Assembly (NCBI RefSeq): GCF_006345805.1
Contig: NC_043003.1
Location: forward strand, 88,660,001 to 88,724,000
Length of the DNA: 64,000 nucleotides
Direction: 5' to 3'
Source: Octopus sinensis
Taxonomy: Eukaryota
In this document: positions 60,885 through 64,000 of the stretch, in pieces
Position numbering within the stretch: position 1 is the stretch's first letter
Layout of the letters: every line of letters starts with the position of its first letter
The notes under the pieces: model-generated
What the model was told of the DNA's origin: nothing
The model's input: only the letters and a program-made list of their open reading frames with translations
Database searches by the model: none
Translations under genes and position numbers: made by a program

Positions 60885-61820
60885 TGCAGGCTTTTTTCAG
60901 AGTTGTTTCTAGGAGGGACCTTTCACTACTTTTGGAATGTTGGTTGAAGCAATTTGCAACCTTCATGGCAGATGCTCAGGAGCAACAAACACTGAAAATA
61001 TGCAGAGAACAACTTCCGTCACATTCCAGGGAGAAAAACTAGAAGTAGTTGATAGCTTCCGTTACCTGGGTGACCAAGTCAGTAGCAGGGAAGGGTGCGC
61101 TGAAAGTGTAGCTGCTAGAATAAGAATAGCCTGGGCAAAGTTCAGAGAGCTCTTATCTCTGCTGGTGACAAAGGGCCTCTCGCTCAGAGTAGAAGGTAGA
61201 CTGTATGACGTATGTGTACGAACAGCCATGCTACATGGCAGTGAAACATGGGCAGTGACTGCTGAGGACATGTGTAGGCTCACAAAGAATGAAGCCAGTA
61301 TGATCCAATGGATGTGTAATGTCAGTGTGCATACTCGACAGAGAAGTACGACCTAAGAAGCATCAGATGTGGTGTGCAAGAGAGACGACTGCGCTGGTAT
61401 GGTCATGTGGTGAGAATGGATGAGTATAGCTGTGTGAAAAAGTGCCACACCCAAGCACTTGAGGGAACCTGTGGAACAGGTAGACCCAGGAAGACCTGGG
61501 ATGAAGTAGTGAAGCACGACCTTCGAACTTTAGGCCTCACTGAGGCAATCATTAGTGACCGAGACTTTTGGAAATATGCTGTGCTTGGGAAAAGTCGGCA
61601 AGCCAAATGAGACCATAACCTCATGGCCTATGCCAGCCCACTCGTGCGAACCTTCCGTTCATTGGACACTGCTTGCGAAAGACCTGTTGAGGCAAGTTAA
61701 ATCGAAATCAAAGCAAACCATCCAAGCATGATCATTGCCAGAGTGGCTAACTGGCATTCATGCCGGTGGCACAGAAATAGCACCATTCAAGCGTGATCAT
61801 TACCAGTGTTGCCTTACTGG
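60885..61820 (+). mobile_element. RTE LINE 3' fragment
   Basis: LEVVDSFRYLGD, MLHGSETWAV, RLRWYGHVVRM, 3' UTR repeats. Confidence 0.92.
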
Positions 61821-62239
61821 AAATGGTACCAGTGTGCAAATATAATAGCCAAATATAATACACTAAAGTTAATTACGCACGCCAGATTTCCCGTCGAAAA
61901 AAGCACGTGGTGACATCTCTTAAGTTTATTTCCAATCGACAGTAACAAGCAAAAAGAACGGTTTTTCTTTTCTTTTTTGAAAGAAAACCTCTTCGTATAG
62001 AGAGACAATTTTGGAACTTCTTCCTCTTATAAGATAAGTACCCCTTTTCATTTGTTTAATCTCCCGTAATTCAATGTAAGGACCTATTCTCTGTTTACAT
62101 TCTGTTAATAATCTTTCAATTTCTGCTTCAGCTCCGTTTTTGTCAATTTCTCAATACATCTCTTTAAAATTATTCAATTTTAGATAGGCATATATTTATT
62201 TGTTGCTTTATTTATATACATATATATATATATATATTT

Positions 62240-62940
62240 TTACTCAGCCTCTCAATCTTCCTAAATATATAAACGCGAACATTAGAAATATAGTCGTAAA
62301 TAGTTCAGAAGAAAACTTTCGTAGCTGCAGATAGATATATATTTATTTGTTGCACAACCTCCTCTCTTTCATTTCTTTCTCTCTCTGTCTCTTCTCTTCT
62401 CTCCTTCACGTCTCTAGTGAAGGAGAGATAGATATTTATAATTAGCTTAGAAGAAAACTTCATAGTGGCAGATATACATTTATTTGTTGAATAACCTCCT
62501 CTCTTTCTCTGTCTCTTCACTTCTCTCTATCACACCATCTTTCTTCTCTCAGCCGCTCAATATTCCTAAATCTATAGACTCTCACTTTCTTATTAGCTTC
62601 TCTCAGCCACTCTATCTTTTGCATCACTTCCTCTCTTTCTCTATCACACCATCTTTCTTCTCTCAGCCTCTCAATCTTCCTAAATATATAGACTCTCTCT
62701 TACTTCTTATCTTCTTTCAACCGCTCAATCTTTTGCATAACCTCCTCTCTTTCATTTCTTTCTCTCTCTGTCTCTTCACTTCTCTCCCACACGCTTCTTT
62801 TTCTGTCTCTTCACTTCTCTCTGTCACACCATCTTTTCTCTCTCAGCCACTCAATTTTTCTAAATATATAGACGCGAACTCTCCCCTCTCACTCTCTCCT
62901 ACTCTCTTCTTATCTTCTCTCTGCTCTCAATCTCTCTAAA
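62240..62940. repeat. Degenerate CT-rich tandem repeat
   Basis: ctcagcc-ctcaat-ttcctaaatatata unit near 62243, 62550, 62663 and 62843. Confidence 0.7.
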
Positions 62941-62991
62941 TACATAAACACTTTCTTTCCTTATTTCTTCTCTACCCTCTATCGCACTTTG

Positions 62992-63660
62992 TTCAGTAGG
63001 AGCATCGAGGTGATGTGTGTGCTGTTGCCGGTGGTATCCACCTGGGGTCTATTTGCTGTGGCGGTCTTGTGTATTGTGGATAGTCCCATCTGCGAGATTG
63101 AGTTTGATGGAGCCAGGTTAGCTGCTGTACAATCTTTTGTGCCATGCACAAAAAAGATTCTTGTTCAGCAGCTGCCCTTTCAGTAACATGTTGGTGGTTT
63201 GTAGCACGCAGTACATCTGCGTACCTCTGTTTTGGGGCAGGTGGTGCATGGTCCATTCCTTTTCCTTTTGGTAGTTGGTTTCTGCCGTTTCATGTTTATG
63301 TGGCAGGGTATTTGGTGTGCAAAACAGCAGCCTGCACCTTCCTCTCCATGCCGGCAGACACCTTTCAGGTAGAATTTACACATTCGTGTGCGCAGTCTCT
63401 TTCTATCCTTTTTGCTATATGGATAGTCAGGTCTGCTTCTATCCTTGGCTGTTTCATCTTTTGGCTTTCTTTGAGTTTTAGATTTTCCTTCTTTGGCTCT
63501 TTCATCTCCATGGTTTTGGTTTTTGGTGCTGGTAGGGGCATTTGCACTTGGGTTTACTTCCCGGGCAGGTATCTCACTTGAATCCTCTTTGATGTCCTGG
63601 GTGTCTACCAAGTGGGGGTGACATCTTTCATCAGCACCCGTGCCTCCATCCTTAACTTAC
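62992..63660 (-). mobile_element. ORF1-only fragment of the CR1-group LINE family (CCCH finger intact)
   Basis: CKFYLKGVCRHGEEGAGCCFAH; RAAAEQESFLCMAQKIVQQLTWL is near-identical to 9415-9480. Breaks off at the start of ORF2 (LLN). Confidence 0.88.
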
Positions 63661-64000
63661 AACCTGTCATTCATATTCATTTTTTTAAGCGTTGATTCGT
63701 AACTCTAAATCCCGTTTATTATTTATTTCGCCATCTTGTATGCATGGCTTCCTGTCTGTCATGCATTTTAAATTCCTCCTTTAATTTCAGTGTCATCCCG
63801 TTATTATTCCATTCCCAGAATTCACTACAAAATATTCTCTCTCTCTCTCCTATTTATATCATGTTTTACTCGAACCCCGAAGTTTCTAGATGTTCAGTAA
63901 TTTCTGTTGCAGAAAATTCCCTACGTATTAACTTAAAACCTGTTGTTCCTTCGTTGTTATTCCTTTCCCCAAAGATTCCCTAAATTCCCTACAAAATATT

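Noticed and set aside
60034-64000. Search for further upstream TPR exons or a promoter
   Set aside because: No TPR-like exon with valid splice sites was found; the region consists of transposon fragments.

Overview
This is AT-rich eukaryotic DNA. Its (TA)n/(CA)n microsatellites, RTE LINEs with (ATG)n tails and tRNA-type SINEs suggest an octopus or other cephalopod genome (inference). The whole window lies inside one minus-strand gene, the nuclear-basket coiled-coil nucleoporin TPR (Megator/Mlp1). I traced 21 GT-AG exons from 60033 down to 2958. They total 2465 nt, join in a continuous open frame of about 821 codons, and align by eye with the central coiled coil of vertebrate TPR. The start and end of the gene lie outside the window. 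The introns are filled with decayed transposons: RTE and CR1-group LINEs, mariner/Tc1, piggyBac, hAT, Helitron, a Penelope-like RT relic, and SINEs. The main unexplained signal is a set of type I hammerhead ribozymes (HHRs), most with palindromic stem III, from at least four unrelated sequence families (about 2.1, 7.1, 7.6 and 35 kb, plus a degenerate one at 30.7 kb). Two families form inverted (foldback) pairs in which the antisense copy is always transcribed before the ribozyme. One carries the compensated U3-A8 core inside a 367-bp unit bounded by direct repeats, resembling a retrozyme. All identifications were made by manual reading; no folding or database searches were run.
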